NCBI GenBank assembly: GCA_003962975.1
Contig: RXKC01000001.1
Coordinates: forward strand, 38,061 to 102,060
Reading direction: 5' to 3'
From: Candidatus Saccharimonadota bacterium
GTDB taxonomy: Bacteria > Patescibacteriota > Saccharimonadia > Saccharimonadales > AWTP1-31
DNA: 64,000 nucleotides
The translations under genes and the position numbers were made by a program. Under the pieces are notes generated by a model. The model saw nothing but the letters and a program-made list of their open reading frames with translations. It had not been told where the DNA came from and did no database searches. Positions 19,670 to 28,014 of the stretch are shown in pieces. Each line of letters opens with the position of its first letter. Within the stretch, counting starts at the first letter, position 1.

Positions 19670-20350
19670 ATGACAAATCTAGGCCCTGAGTTCGTAGATC
19701 CAATGGACGCCTTTCCAGTCGGACAACCAGTTATTGGTGTTGATGTGAATGAAGTACAGTTTGTGCGCGACTTATATGTAGTCGGAGCAATTAGTGTGGA
19801 CACTGCCGGCACAGAACAAAGCCGTTATTATCCTTACCGATCTGCAGAGTTTGGCGGTTTGCTATTTGAGCCGATCGATACTCGTGAACCAAGTAATGAA
19901 TATTTACTAACTCCAGACTCCTACAATGATCGCGTCAGAAACGAAGGGCCGGTGATTCGAACTTCATTTGCAGATGGAAATCTGGAAGACCGATATGCAG
20001 TGCTACTACGTCCTAATGGTGGCCAGCCTTTTGCCGGCTATATCTTACGTTATGATTCTGCGCCACATGTTCGTATTGCCGAGCAACTGCCGCTCGTGCA
20101 GCGAGAAGTGCCAACCGGCTTACGCCAATTTGGCGAACGACGAGCTGCCATTAAAAATAATCGTGCTCTTGCTGAACGCGAGCAAGCAAAGCGATACCGC
20201 CGACAGCGAGCAAGTGATCCGCTTGGCCACACCGAAGTACTTGACCGTATGGCCGGTCTTTTCTATGGGGAAGTAACCCGACTGCAGGGTGGACCGGTTC
20301 GAATAGGTATGCCACCAGAAGCTCGTAAAGAACACGAAGAAGAGGACTAG
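19670..20350 (+). CDS. hypothetical soluble protein (first gene of three-gene operon)
   Basis: ORF track starts at 19598, inside the terminator. AAGGAGGA (19658-19665) precedes ATG 19670. 226 aa, no TM, basic Arg-rich C-terminal helix. No motif recognised. Confidence 0.6.
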   Translation: MTNLGPEFVDPMDAFPVGQPVIGVDVNEVQFVRDLYVVGAISVDTAGTEQSRYYPYRSAEFGGLLFEPIDTREPSNEYLLTPDSYNDRVRNEGPVIRTSFADGNLEDRYAVLLRPNGGQPFAGYILRYDSAPHVRIAEQLPLVQREVPTGLRQFGERRAAIKNNRALAEREQAKRYRRQRASDPLGHTEVLDRMAGLFYGEVTRLQGGPVRIGMPPEARKEHEEED

Positions 20351-20358
20351 GAGCTGTC

Positions 20359-23300
20359 ATGAGCACGACCAACTATGTGTGTGGTGGAATGTATGAGCCT
20401 GAACGACGTCCTGATATGAGTGACGTGGTGCCTTTTAAGACCGCCACATTGCTGCGATCACCCGAGTATCCCGAAGGTGTTCAAGCGATTACGTATCATG
20501 ACGGTAATCAAGAATTTGTACCATTACCCCATGTTTCGGTAGCAGAGCCCATGCCTCGACCGAGCGAGCTAGAACCAAAATGGAAGGATGGTTCAAGAGG
20601 ATCTGATACACCTGAGCTAACGTTTGACGTAGCGCTCCCTTCGGATTTGTTCTATAGGCTTATCTCGAGTGGAGAACTTAGTCCGGATTCACGACAGATT
20701 CCTTCGCCAACTCCGCGGCCTAAGGTTGTAATGCCCGCGATGTCTCGACCGGCTCAAGCGCAACGAAATCAGACCCAGTCGCCACAGAAACACCCCAAAA
20801 AAGAACGCCGTGAAGAGCCAATTGCACAAAGTCCCCAGTCAGAACCACCAAAAACCGGACCGAGCTTTAGAGAAAATCTACGAGATATAGTATTCCTAGA
20901 TATTCTTGGCTTGCCGGCCGGCGATAGCCCACTGGAAGTCTATAAAACTGGCTTCTGGGAAATTGGTCAGAGCATAAAAACTGGTGTACCAACAGTGTTA
21001 GGGGCAGTGCATAACATTACGCAGGGCACCGCCGAGAGTGCTCGGACAATGCGCGATCGTGTCACACCGCATGTGCGACGCACTGCAGCCGTAGCTACTG
21101 TTGCAGCCGCTGCTACCGTCGGATCAGTTATAGCAACGGGACAGATGGCTGATGTGCCAGAAAAGAACTTTGCAAAACCAGTTGTCATGATGCCTGTCGA
21201 ACTCACAAGTGTGACGGTGCCTTTGCAAAAAACCGAAGATCTTAACGCACTGGCTGACAGTTTACAGATTGGCCCTGAAGAAATGGCTATGCTGGCGCAA
21301 GCTGCAGGCATTAGTCCTGGGGAGCTAACTGAACCAGCCGAGTTAACACTTGAACTGCGCACTTCTGAAGTTGAGCTGTCTAGCCCAGCAACTGCTGATC
21401 AAATTGCTGAACGATTTGGTCTTACCCAAACGCTTATAGAGGCAGCCAATCCAGGCAGTACTGACGAGGCTCGTATGTCCTTCCGTATTCCTGGCCGAAT
21501 GGTTTTTGCGACGAGCGTTGAACAGCCAAATGTTTCAAGTGTTGCTCAAGTCATTGGAGTAGACCCAGCGCTAGCTCAATCTCTAAATACTGCTAATGAC
21601 GGACTAATTGCGTTACCCGCGCATGAGGAGGTTGACGCCTCGGCAGAAAAAGCTGTGGCCATGGCATTACTTGCTCCAATTCAACCAGAAGATGCACCAA
21701 TCGAAACAGTACCCGAAACGACAGTTCCACCAACAACTGCCGCTCCTGCAACCACGGTACCGGCTGCCGAAGCTGTTCAGGCACAGCCTGGCGACCCGGC
21801 ACTTGAACTATCACCACCACCGAGCATGCCTGAAAAAAATCCAGAACAGATGACAGATACCGAGTATATGCAGTGGCTGGCAAGCGAAGTCAATCCAACT
21901 GTTGCTGATTTGTTTGCGCTACAAGTAGATACCAGCCGCATGGGTGCATTTGATAGTGAACTCAGTGGCACCCGTATTCAACCCACGAAGTTTGTTGGTC
22001 ATTGGACAGCAGGTTTGTACGAAAACGGTGTTGATCAGTTTGTGAGTTCGATCAAAGGTCGCGACGGTGACTGCTGCAACGTGACTTACTTCATGGATCT
22101 GGACGGACAAATCTATCAGTTTGCTGACCCGAATATCATGACCAGCCATGCCAAGGGTGCAAATAGCTTTAGCCAGGGTGTTGAAATCGAAGCCCGCGGC
22201 CTACGCGATTATGGCCCACAACAAATGCGCAACTTTGTCTTGCTAGCTTACCGGTTCATGCGTGAGCAGAACATACCTATTGAACGCCCTAACTTTACCG
22301 GCCACGAAGAAGTAGATGTCATTCATGCGCATCGAGGCTGGAAGTCAGATATGCCTACCGAACTAGTCGACATGCTTTTCCCTAAGCTAAAAGCCCTGGA
22401 TGATCTTGTGAAAGCCCAAGATGCTCAAGATCAAGCAGTTGTCGACACAATTGCTCCTGAAGTTCACGAGCTTTCATCACAAGAACGATACGACGCCTTA
22501 ATCGACATGTTGCTAGCCGAAATCTCTTCTCATGAAGGCGGTATCGACTCCGTAAATACTGGCGATGCTGGTGATACAAAAGTCGGTAGCGAGCGGTACA
22601 ACCAAATTCTTGGCGGCAGATTGCTTTCTGAATTAACAATTGCAGAAGTCATGGAACTCCAGGCGCAAGATTTACTGTTTGCCGTGGGTTACATGCAGTT
22701 TATACCAGACACTCTAAAGGGTGCGGTCCAGGTTACTGGTATAGACACTGCTCGCAAGTTTGATCTTGTAACACAAAAAGAGTTAGCTATTAAGTACCTT
22801 ATATTCGGTAAGCGAAAGCACCTGAAGGGGTATATTAACGGCGAGAATTATTCTCTTGATTCTGCAACACAAGACCTGTGTCAAGAATTTGCCAGTATGC
22901 CATGCCCAAATGGTGAAGGTTTCTACGATGGTGACTCGGCAGGCAACAATGCCAAAAATGGCCTGCAACGATTACCACATATACGCGGTGTGCTCATTAT
23001 GCTGCGTACGGCTCAACAAGACCGGATTGCCGATATGCACGCAGCAGCACTTGCCGAGTCGGAAGCTCTAAAAACTCTGCCCGCACCAACGACCGAGCCA
23101 GCGCCATTGCCCGCACCTACGGATACTACTCCGCCAACTACTGAGGTTGTTCCGTTGCCGGCACCAGCTGACACAACTACAACCACACCAGCGTCAACTA
23201 CTTCGACCACACTGAAATCAACAACCACAACCAGCACACCAGCCGACCAGCTGATACTACGTACTGCGCTTTCAGAACCAGGTGCTCAGTCAGCCGAGGC

Positions 23301-23466
23301 AAGCTGGTTGCCAGTTGAAACGGCCAAACAAGTTGTAACTGTCTATCTCGGTTCCGAGCAAGCCGCTGAAGAATGGCTGGATACCCAGATATTTGCCCAA
23401 GATGGTGATGGCAGTAACACGCGCGTGTTTGTCGATCCCGCAAAACTAACCCCACAAGGAGAATAA
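20359..23466 (+). CDS. bitopic multidomain cell-wall hydrolase: LysM-like repeats, amidase_2-like domain, lysozyme-like domain, Thr/Pro linkers
   Basis: RBS AGGAG. About 240-aa cytoplasmic Pro-rich N-terminus, one TM (AAVATVAAAATVGSVIATG), degenerate LysM-like repeats. Amidase_2/T7-lysozyme-like motifs (VGHWTAG, TSHAKGANSFSQGVEIEA, TGHEEV...KSDMP). Lysozyme-like motifs (SHEGGIDSV..D.GDTKVG, AVGYMQFIPDT). T/P-rich tracts (PLPAPTDTT / PLPAPADTT). Confidence 0.7.
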   Translation: MSTTNYVCGGMYEPERRPDMSDVVPFKTATLLRSPEYPEGVQAITYHDGNQEFVPLPHVSVAEPMPRPSELEPKWKDGSRGSDTPELTFDVALPSDLFYRLISSGELSPDSRQIPSPTPRPKVVMPAMSRPAQAQRNQTQSPQKHPKKERREEPIAQSPQSEPPKTGPSFRENLRDIVFLDILGLPAGDSPLEVYKTGFWEIGQSIKTGVPTVLGAVHNITQGTAESARTMRDRVTPHVRRTAAVATVAAAATVGSVIATGQMADVPEKNFAKPVVMMPVELTSVTVPLQKTEDLNALADSLQIGPEEMAMLAQAAGISPGELTEPAELTLELRTSEVELSSPATADQIAERFGLTQTLIEAANPGSTDEARMSFRIPGRMVFATSVEQPNVSSVAQVIGVDPALAQSLNTANDGLIALPAHEEVDASAEKAVAMALLAPIQPEDAPIETVPETTVPPTTAAPATTVPAAEAVQAQPGDPALELSPPPSMPEKNPEQMTDTEYMQWLASEVNPTVADLFALQVDTSRMGAFDSELSGTRIQPTKFVGHWTAGLYENGVDQFVSSIKGRDGDCCNVTYFMDLDGQIYQFADPNIMTSHAKGANSFSQGVEIEARGLRDYGPQQMRNFVLLAYRFMREQNIPIERPNFTGHEEVDVIHAHRGWKSDMPTELVDMLFPKLKALDDLVKAQDAQDQAVVDTIAPEVHELSSQERYDALIDMLLAEISSHEGGIDSVNTGDAGDTKVGSERYNQILGGRLLSELTIAEVMELQAQDLLFAVGYMQFIPDTLKGAVQVTGIDTARKFDLVTQKELAIKYLIFGKRKHLKGYINGENYSLDSATQDLCQEFASMPCPNGEGFYDGDSAGNNAKNGLQRLPHIRGVLIMLRTAQQDRIADMHAAALAESEALKTLPAPTTEPAPLPAPTDTTPPTTEVVPLPAPADTTTTTPASTTSTTLKSTTTTSTPADQLILRTALSEPGAQSAEASWLPVETAKQVVTVYLGSEQAAEEWLDTQIFAQDGDGSNTRVFVDPAKLTPQGE

Positions 23467-23467
23467 G

Positions 23468-24574
23468 ATGAACGATCGAATCATACCTACAGAAAGTGTT
23501 GATGCAGAAACTGGCTTTGGCCGCTACGATATAGTTGCCGATGTTGCCCAGGGTGATTTTGCGCCTGAAGTGTCGACCGACATGGTAGGTTCAGACGCTG
23601 CTTACGATACTGCTGAACAGCGACAACAGGAGCTTTTGGTTGTGCGTACTGCTGAACCAGTACTCGAATCACCAGCATATGCTCCATCTCGTCGTGAACG
23701 ACGTCGTGCTAACAAACTGGCAAATCCAAAACCACCACGCCGACCTGGAAGAATTCGCAGGGGTGCAAGATTGATAGGATATGGCGGTGCAGCTGGGCTC
23801 ATGGCTCTTGGAGCTCTGCAGCTAGCTGATATTGCTGGTTGGGACTTTGATATTTTGCCAGGTGATGGCACAAAAGTAGAGGCAAGTGTCGGTGACGTAG
23901 AGACTACAGTCGAAGAGTGGCACGGGCTGGTTGCAGCTAAACTCAGTTCAACAGTTGACCTAGACATTACGCGTAACCTTAATCATGTGTTTCCTATCCC
24001 TGACTGTAATATTAGTGTCCACGAAGATAACCTTTCGCTAAGTGGCCTCTTAACAGTTGGATTGTCGGGCATTCAGGTTGAGACAGTCGGAGATCAAGTA
24101 ACTGCTACTGTGTCAGCGTTTGAGGTGCCACAACTTGGACTTCCGCTTGATGATCCTGTTTTGCCAGAAGGCTCAGGCACCAGTGCGTGTGTGCAAAAAG
24201 ATGGCGAAGAAAAGAAGGATAGTCCAGAGAATGTTCCAGTTTTGATAGCAGGGGAATTACTCGAGGCCTCAAGCCAACGTATTGGTGAGTGCGTTATCAA
24301 TCGAGCCAACGACGAAGGCAGTGACGTACAACGCTTATTGTCTACGAGCATTGCGCAGACCATCGCTACTATCCGAGGTATTGACGCTGCGCAAGTGGAT
24401 GTTGTCTTTGACTTCGAAGATAGTGACGAAGGTAAGAAAGCAATTAAAGATGCCAAAGAACGCATTATTGCCAAACAAAAAGAAGAAACCGACGCCAAGG
24501 TAACCATCGATACTGTTGCTGTAGAGGACTGCGAGTTGCACGAGATTCAAGCCGTACTCGCACCAGCAGCCTAA
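23468..24574 (+). CDS. hypothetical bitopic membrane protein (third gene of operon)
   Basis: AAGGAG RBS. ATG lies 1 nt after the upstream stop. Arg-rich juxtamembrane segment, one TM (LIGYGGAAGLMALGALQLADIAGW), acidic ectodomain. No motif recognised. Confidence 0.6.
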   Translation: MNDRIIPTESVDAETGFGRYDIVADVAQGDFAPEVSTDMVGSDAAYDTAEQRQQELLVVRTAEPVLESPAYAPSRRERRRANKLANPKPPRRPGRIRRGARLIGYGGAAGLMALGALQLADIAGWDFDILPGDGTKVEASVGDVETTVEEWHGLVAAKLSSTVDLDITRNLNHVFPIPDCNISVHEDNLSLSGLLTVGLSGIQVETVGDQVTATVSAFEVPQLGLPLDDPVLPEGSGTSACVQKDGEEKKDSPENVPVLIAGELLEASSQRIGECVINRANDEGSDVQRLLSTSIAQTIATIRGIDAAQVDVVFDFEDSDEGKKAIKDAKERIIAKQKEETDAKVTIDTVAVEDCELHEIQAVLAPAA

Positions 24575-24582
24575 GTACAAGC

Positions 24583-24605
24583 GGGGTGCTATATCCAAGC
24601 ACCCC
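24583..24605 (+). terminator. weak hairpin after operon
   Basis: 7-bp stem GGGGTGC/GCACCCC with a 9-nt loop and only a short T-containing tail. Sits directly upstream of the uvrC -10 box. Confidence 0.3.
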
Positions 24606-24620
24606 TGTTATACTGGGCTA

Positions 24621-26135
24621 GTGAACGAAATACTTGCCAAGAAATTAAAGGATCTACCCAAAGAGCCTGGTGTTTATTTTCATAAGGATGCTAAGGGCGA
24701 GATTATCTATGTGGGTAAGGCAGCCATTTTACGCAACCGTGTGCGCCAGTATTTTCAGAAATCTCGTTTACGCGATCCCAAAACTGACCTACTGGTAAGC
24801 GAAATTGTTGATACCGATTGGCAGGTGGTCGAAAGCGAATTCGACGCACTTTTCTTAGAGGCCGAGATGATTCGTCGCTACATGCCGCGTTACAACATTC
24901 TGCTGCGTGACGACAAAAGCCAGACCTTTGTGCGCATAGATTTTAAAAGTCAGTACCCAACGGTAACCATGACTCGTCGGCCGCTTGATGACGGCGCAAA
25001 TTATTATGGACCTTTTCTTAGTACCATTGCTGTGCGCCGGGCGCTCAAGTATTTACGAAAAGTTTTCCCATATTCGACGCACACAGTTATGCCTAAGCGA
25101 GCTTGCTTGCTGGCGCACTTGCATTTGTGCCCTGGGCCAGAAACGGGCGAGCTTGATGAAAAAGATTACAAAACGAATCTCAAAAAATTAGTCCGCGTCT
25201 TGCAAGGGCAAAAGGGCTCGATTATTCGAGAAATCGAAAAAGATATGCAGGCAGCAAGCGCCGCTCATAACTTTGAGTTGGCTGCCAAAAGACGTAATCA
25301 AATAACGGCCCTCAAAGACCTAGATCGCCGAGTATTATTTAGTGACAAAGAATTCCTAGACTTGTCGAAAGATCATGCGCTTATAGAATTAACCGAAGTG
25401 CTTGGCTTGGCAAAAGTGCCAAAGCGAATCGAGGGCTACGACATATCGCATATGAGTGGCACTGACGTGGTGGCCAGTATGGTTGTGTTTACCAATGGTG
25501 CGGCCGATAAAGCCAATTACCGCAAGTTTAAATCGCACAAGCAAAATAACGACGACTTCGAGCATATGCGCGAAACTATGACACGACGTTTCAGCGAAAA
25601 GAACATCAAACAGTGGGGTATGCCCGAACTGGTCTTGATCGATGGTGGTAAGGGTCAGCTTGAAGCTGCCTTGTCAGTCATTCGCGAAAAAGAGCTAAAG
25701 CTCCCCGTAATTGGGATTGCCAAAAAGCACGAAGAAATCGTTATTCGTAATGATTGGCCAAATACCGATTTGCAGCCGCAAGTCGTGACTCGTTTACGCG
25801 GCATATTACGTGAAAGTGACGACTTTACCTTAGTTGATCTGCCAAATTCAAGTAATGTTATAAAGCTTTTGCAGCGCATTCGTGATGAGTCACACCGCTT
25901 CGCGGTGAGTTACCACAGTGTTCTAAAAGTAAAACGCCAGACAGCCAGTATTCTCGATGATGTACCAGGCATTGGCCCGGCTACTCGCAAGAAACTGATT
26001 CGAACTTTTGGCAGCCTACGTGGTGTCCAGCAAGCTCGTCGTGACGAACTAGAACAAATCCTCGGACCTGTGAAAGCGACTGTCCTGCGCCAGTATTTGC
26101 GCGCCGCCAACAAAGAGCAAGACAAAACTAGCTAG
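24621..26135 (+). CDS. uvrC: excinuclease ABC subunit C
   Basis: GIY-YIG N-terminus (PGVYFHKDAKGEIIYVGKA...RYMPRYNILL), UVR motif, RNaseH-like endonuclease region, C-terminal HhH (IPGIGPATRKKL). GTG start 6 nt after TATACT (24609-24614). Compact at 504 aa. Confidence 0.93.
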   Translation: MNEILAKKLKDLPKEPGVYFHKDAKGEIIYVGKAAILRNRVRQYFQKSRLRDPKTDLLVSEIVDTDWQVVESEFDALFLEAEMIRRYMPRYNILLRDDKSQTFVRIDFKSQYPTVTMTRRPLDDGANYYGPFLSTIAVRRALKYLRKVFPYSTHTVMPKRACLLAHLHLCPGPETGELDEKDYKTNLKKLVRVLQGQKGSIIREIEKDMQAASAAHNFELAAKRRNQITALKDLDRRVLFSDKEFLDLSKDHALIELTEVLGLAKVPKRIEGYDISHMSGTDVVASMVVFTNGAADKANYRKFKSHKQNNDDFEHMRETMTRRFSEKNIKQWGMPELVLIDGGKGQLEAALSVIREKELKLPVIGIAKKHEEIVIRNDWPNTDLQPQVVTRLRGILRESDDFTLVDLPNSSNVIKLLQRIRDESHRFAVSYHSVLKVKRQTASILDDVPGIGPATRKKLIRTFGSLRGVQQARRDELEQILGPVKATVLRQYLRAANKEQDKTS

Positions 26136-26162
26136 CAGAGTTTGCTATACTAATACACCGAC

Positions 26163-27386
26163 ATGAGTGATCTACTTTCCGCAGATTTTTATGCGGGTAA
26201 TCGAAAACGACTTCGTTCTCTCTTTCAGGGCACTGCCCCGATAGTTATAACTGCTGCTGGTTCGCTGCAGCAGGGTAGTGATTACGCATATAGCTTTCAT
26301 CAAGACGGAAGTTTCCTGTATCTTACTGGGCTAAATAACGCCGAATTAGTACTCGTTATAGACCGCGACCGAGAATATCTTATTCTGCCTGAACGTAGCC
26401 ATGTGTCTGATGTTTTTGATGGCAGCTACGAGGCTGAATCATTTGCTAAGATCTCTGGTATAAGTGAGGTACTAGACTACAAAGTAGGCTGGAAAAAGCT
26501 GGCCACTCGCTTAAAACGGTCTAAGCACGTGGCTACACTAGCACCACCAGCTCCGTATGTTGATGTTCTAAATTTGTACACCAACCCTGCGCGCGCGGTC
26601 CTCATGGAAAAAATTAAAACTCTGAATCCTGACATCGAGCCGCTCGATTTGCGTCAGCACTTGGCTGTGATGCGTATGATCAAGCAGCCAGCGGAACTGG
26701 CTGCAATCCAAAAAGCTGTCGATACTACCGTAAAAACATTCCAAGAGATTCAAAAGAAATTACCAAAACTACGCTATGAGTATGAAGTTGAAGCATTGCT
26801 AGGCTATGGCTTTAGGCGACGCGGTGCAGACGGCCATGCATATAGTCCAATTGTGGGGGTGGGGCAAAATGCCTGCACGTTGCACTACGAAGAAAACAAC
26901 GACCCATTAACCGAAAATCAGCTTTTGCTCATTGATGCTGGCGCCCAAGTTAATCGATATGCTGCTGATATTACGCGCACCTTTGCTATTGGCCAACCAA
27001 CCAAGCGCCAACGTCAGGTTTACGATGCGGTGCTTGAAGTTCATGAATTTGCACTGACGAATCTAAAAGCTGGTATCTCGATTCGGGATAACGAAAAAAC
27101 TGTGGAGCAATTTATGGGCGAGAAGCTACGCAGCCTCGGTTTGATTCGTAACGTCGAACGCGAAGAGATTCGCAAATACTATCCGCATGCCACATCACAC
27201 TTTTTGGGTCTCGATGTTCATGACGGTGGAGATTACGACAAGCCGCTCGAGTCCGGTGTCGTACTAACCGTAGAGCCTGGTATTTACATTCCCGAAGAAG
27301 GCATCGGTATTCGCATCGAAGACGACGTACTCATTACTGCTACTGGTATTGATGTGCTGTCGGCAAAACTACCTACAGTGCTGTGA
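26163..27386 (+). CDS. pepP: Xaa-Pro aminopeptidase (M24B)
   Basis: M24 metal-ligand context (LIDAGAQVNRYAADITRTF, HATSHFLGLDVHD, LTVEPGIY, IRIEDD) plus a creatinase-like N-domain. Confidence 0.88.
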   Translation: MSDLLSADFYAGNRKRLRSLFQGTAPIVITAAGSLQQGSDYAYSFHQDGSFLYLTGLNNAELVLVIDRDREYLILPERSHVSDVFDGSYEAESFAKISGISEVLDYKVGWKKLATRLKRSKHVATLAPPAPYVDVLNLYTNPARAVLMEKIKTLNPDIEPLDLRQHLAVMRMIKQPAELAAIQKAVDTTVKTFQEIQKKLPKLRYEYEVEALLGYGFRRRGADGHAYSPIVGVGQNACTLHYEENNDPLTENQLLLIDAGAQVNRYAADITRTFAIGQPTKRQRQVYDAVLEVHEFALTNLKAGISIRDNEKTVEQFMGEKLRSLGLIRNVEREEIRKYYPHATSHFLGLDVHDGGDYDKPLESGVVLTVEPGIYIPEEGIGIRIEDDVLITATGIDVLSAKLPTVL

Positions 27387-27402
27387 TATACTAAGCATAA
27401 GT

Positions 27403-27765
27403 ATGAAGCGACCGTTTTCGCGATTTTTAGTTCGTTGGTTTGTATCTGGCTTGGGTATATGGATTGCTGCCGGATTACTTGGTGACCGTATCAATTACGA
27501 CCGACGCCTTGGTGTTATTGTGATTGCCGGCCTGATACTTGCGCTGGTAAATACCATTATCAAACCGATTGTTATTTTATTATCATTGCCAGCAATACTT
27601 TTCAGCCTTGGTTTGTTCATGATTGTCATCAATGGACTGATGGTTATGATTGTAAGTAAACTGTATGAACCGCTGCACGTAACTAACTTCGGTGCTGCCA
27701 TGGTTGCCGGTATGGTGATTGGCTTGGTGAATTACCTTGTCACCACTATAATGGAAGAACGATGA
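27403..27765 (+). CDS. small 4-TM membrane protein, phage-holin-4/DUF360 (YvlD-like) family
   Basis: ORF track starts at 27349, overlapping pepP. I prefer ATG 27403 (MKRPFSRFLVRW...). Four hydrophobic helices with a family-like NTIIKPIVILLSLP segment. Confidence 0.6.
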   Translation: MKRPFSRFLVRWFVSGLGIWIAAGLLGDRINYDRRLGVIVIAGLILALVNTIIKPIVILLSLPAILFSLGLFMIVINGLMVMIVSKLYEPLHVTNFGAAMVAGMVIGLVNYLVTTIMEER

Positions 27766-27974
27766 ACATATTCAACTACATTACTATTGGGTCAATGGTA
27801 CTTCTGACCATTCTTATTCTTATGCAAACACGTGGCGCATCTCTTGGTGCTGGCTTGGGCGGTGGTGGCGAAGTGAACAGTGTGCGACGAGGATCTGACA
27901 AAACACTACACCAGATCACTATTCTTTTAGTGGTTATTTTTAGTGTGTCATTAATACTTGGCATTCTGGCGTAA
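27762..27974 (+). CDS. secG: preprotein translocase subunit SecG
   Basis: 70 aa, two TM helices flanking a Gly-rich loop (QTRGASLGAGLGGGGE). ATGA start/stop overlap with the upstream gene. Confidence 0.8.
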   Translation: MNIFNYITIGSMVLLTILILMQTRGASLGAGLGGGGEVNSVRRGSDKTLHQITILLVVIFSVSLILGILA

Positions 27975-28014
27975 TACGAGCAAAGATGTATGAAGAAGAT
28001 CATAGTGGGGGCAT

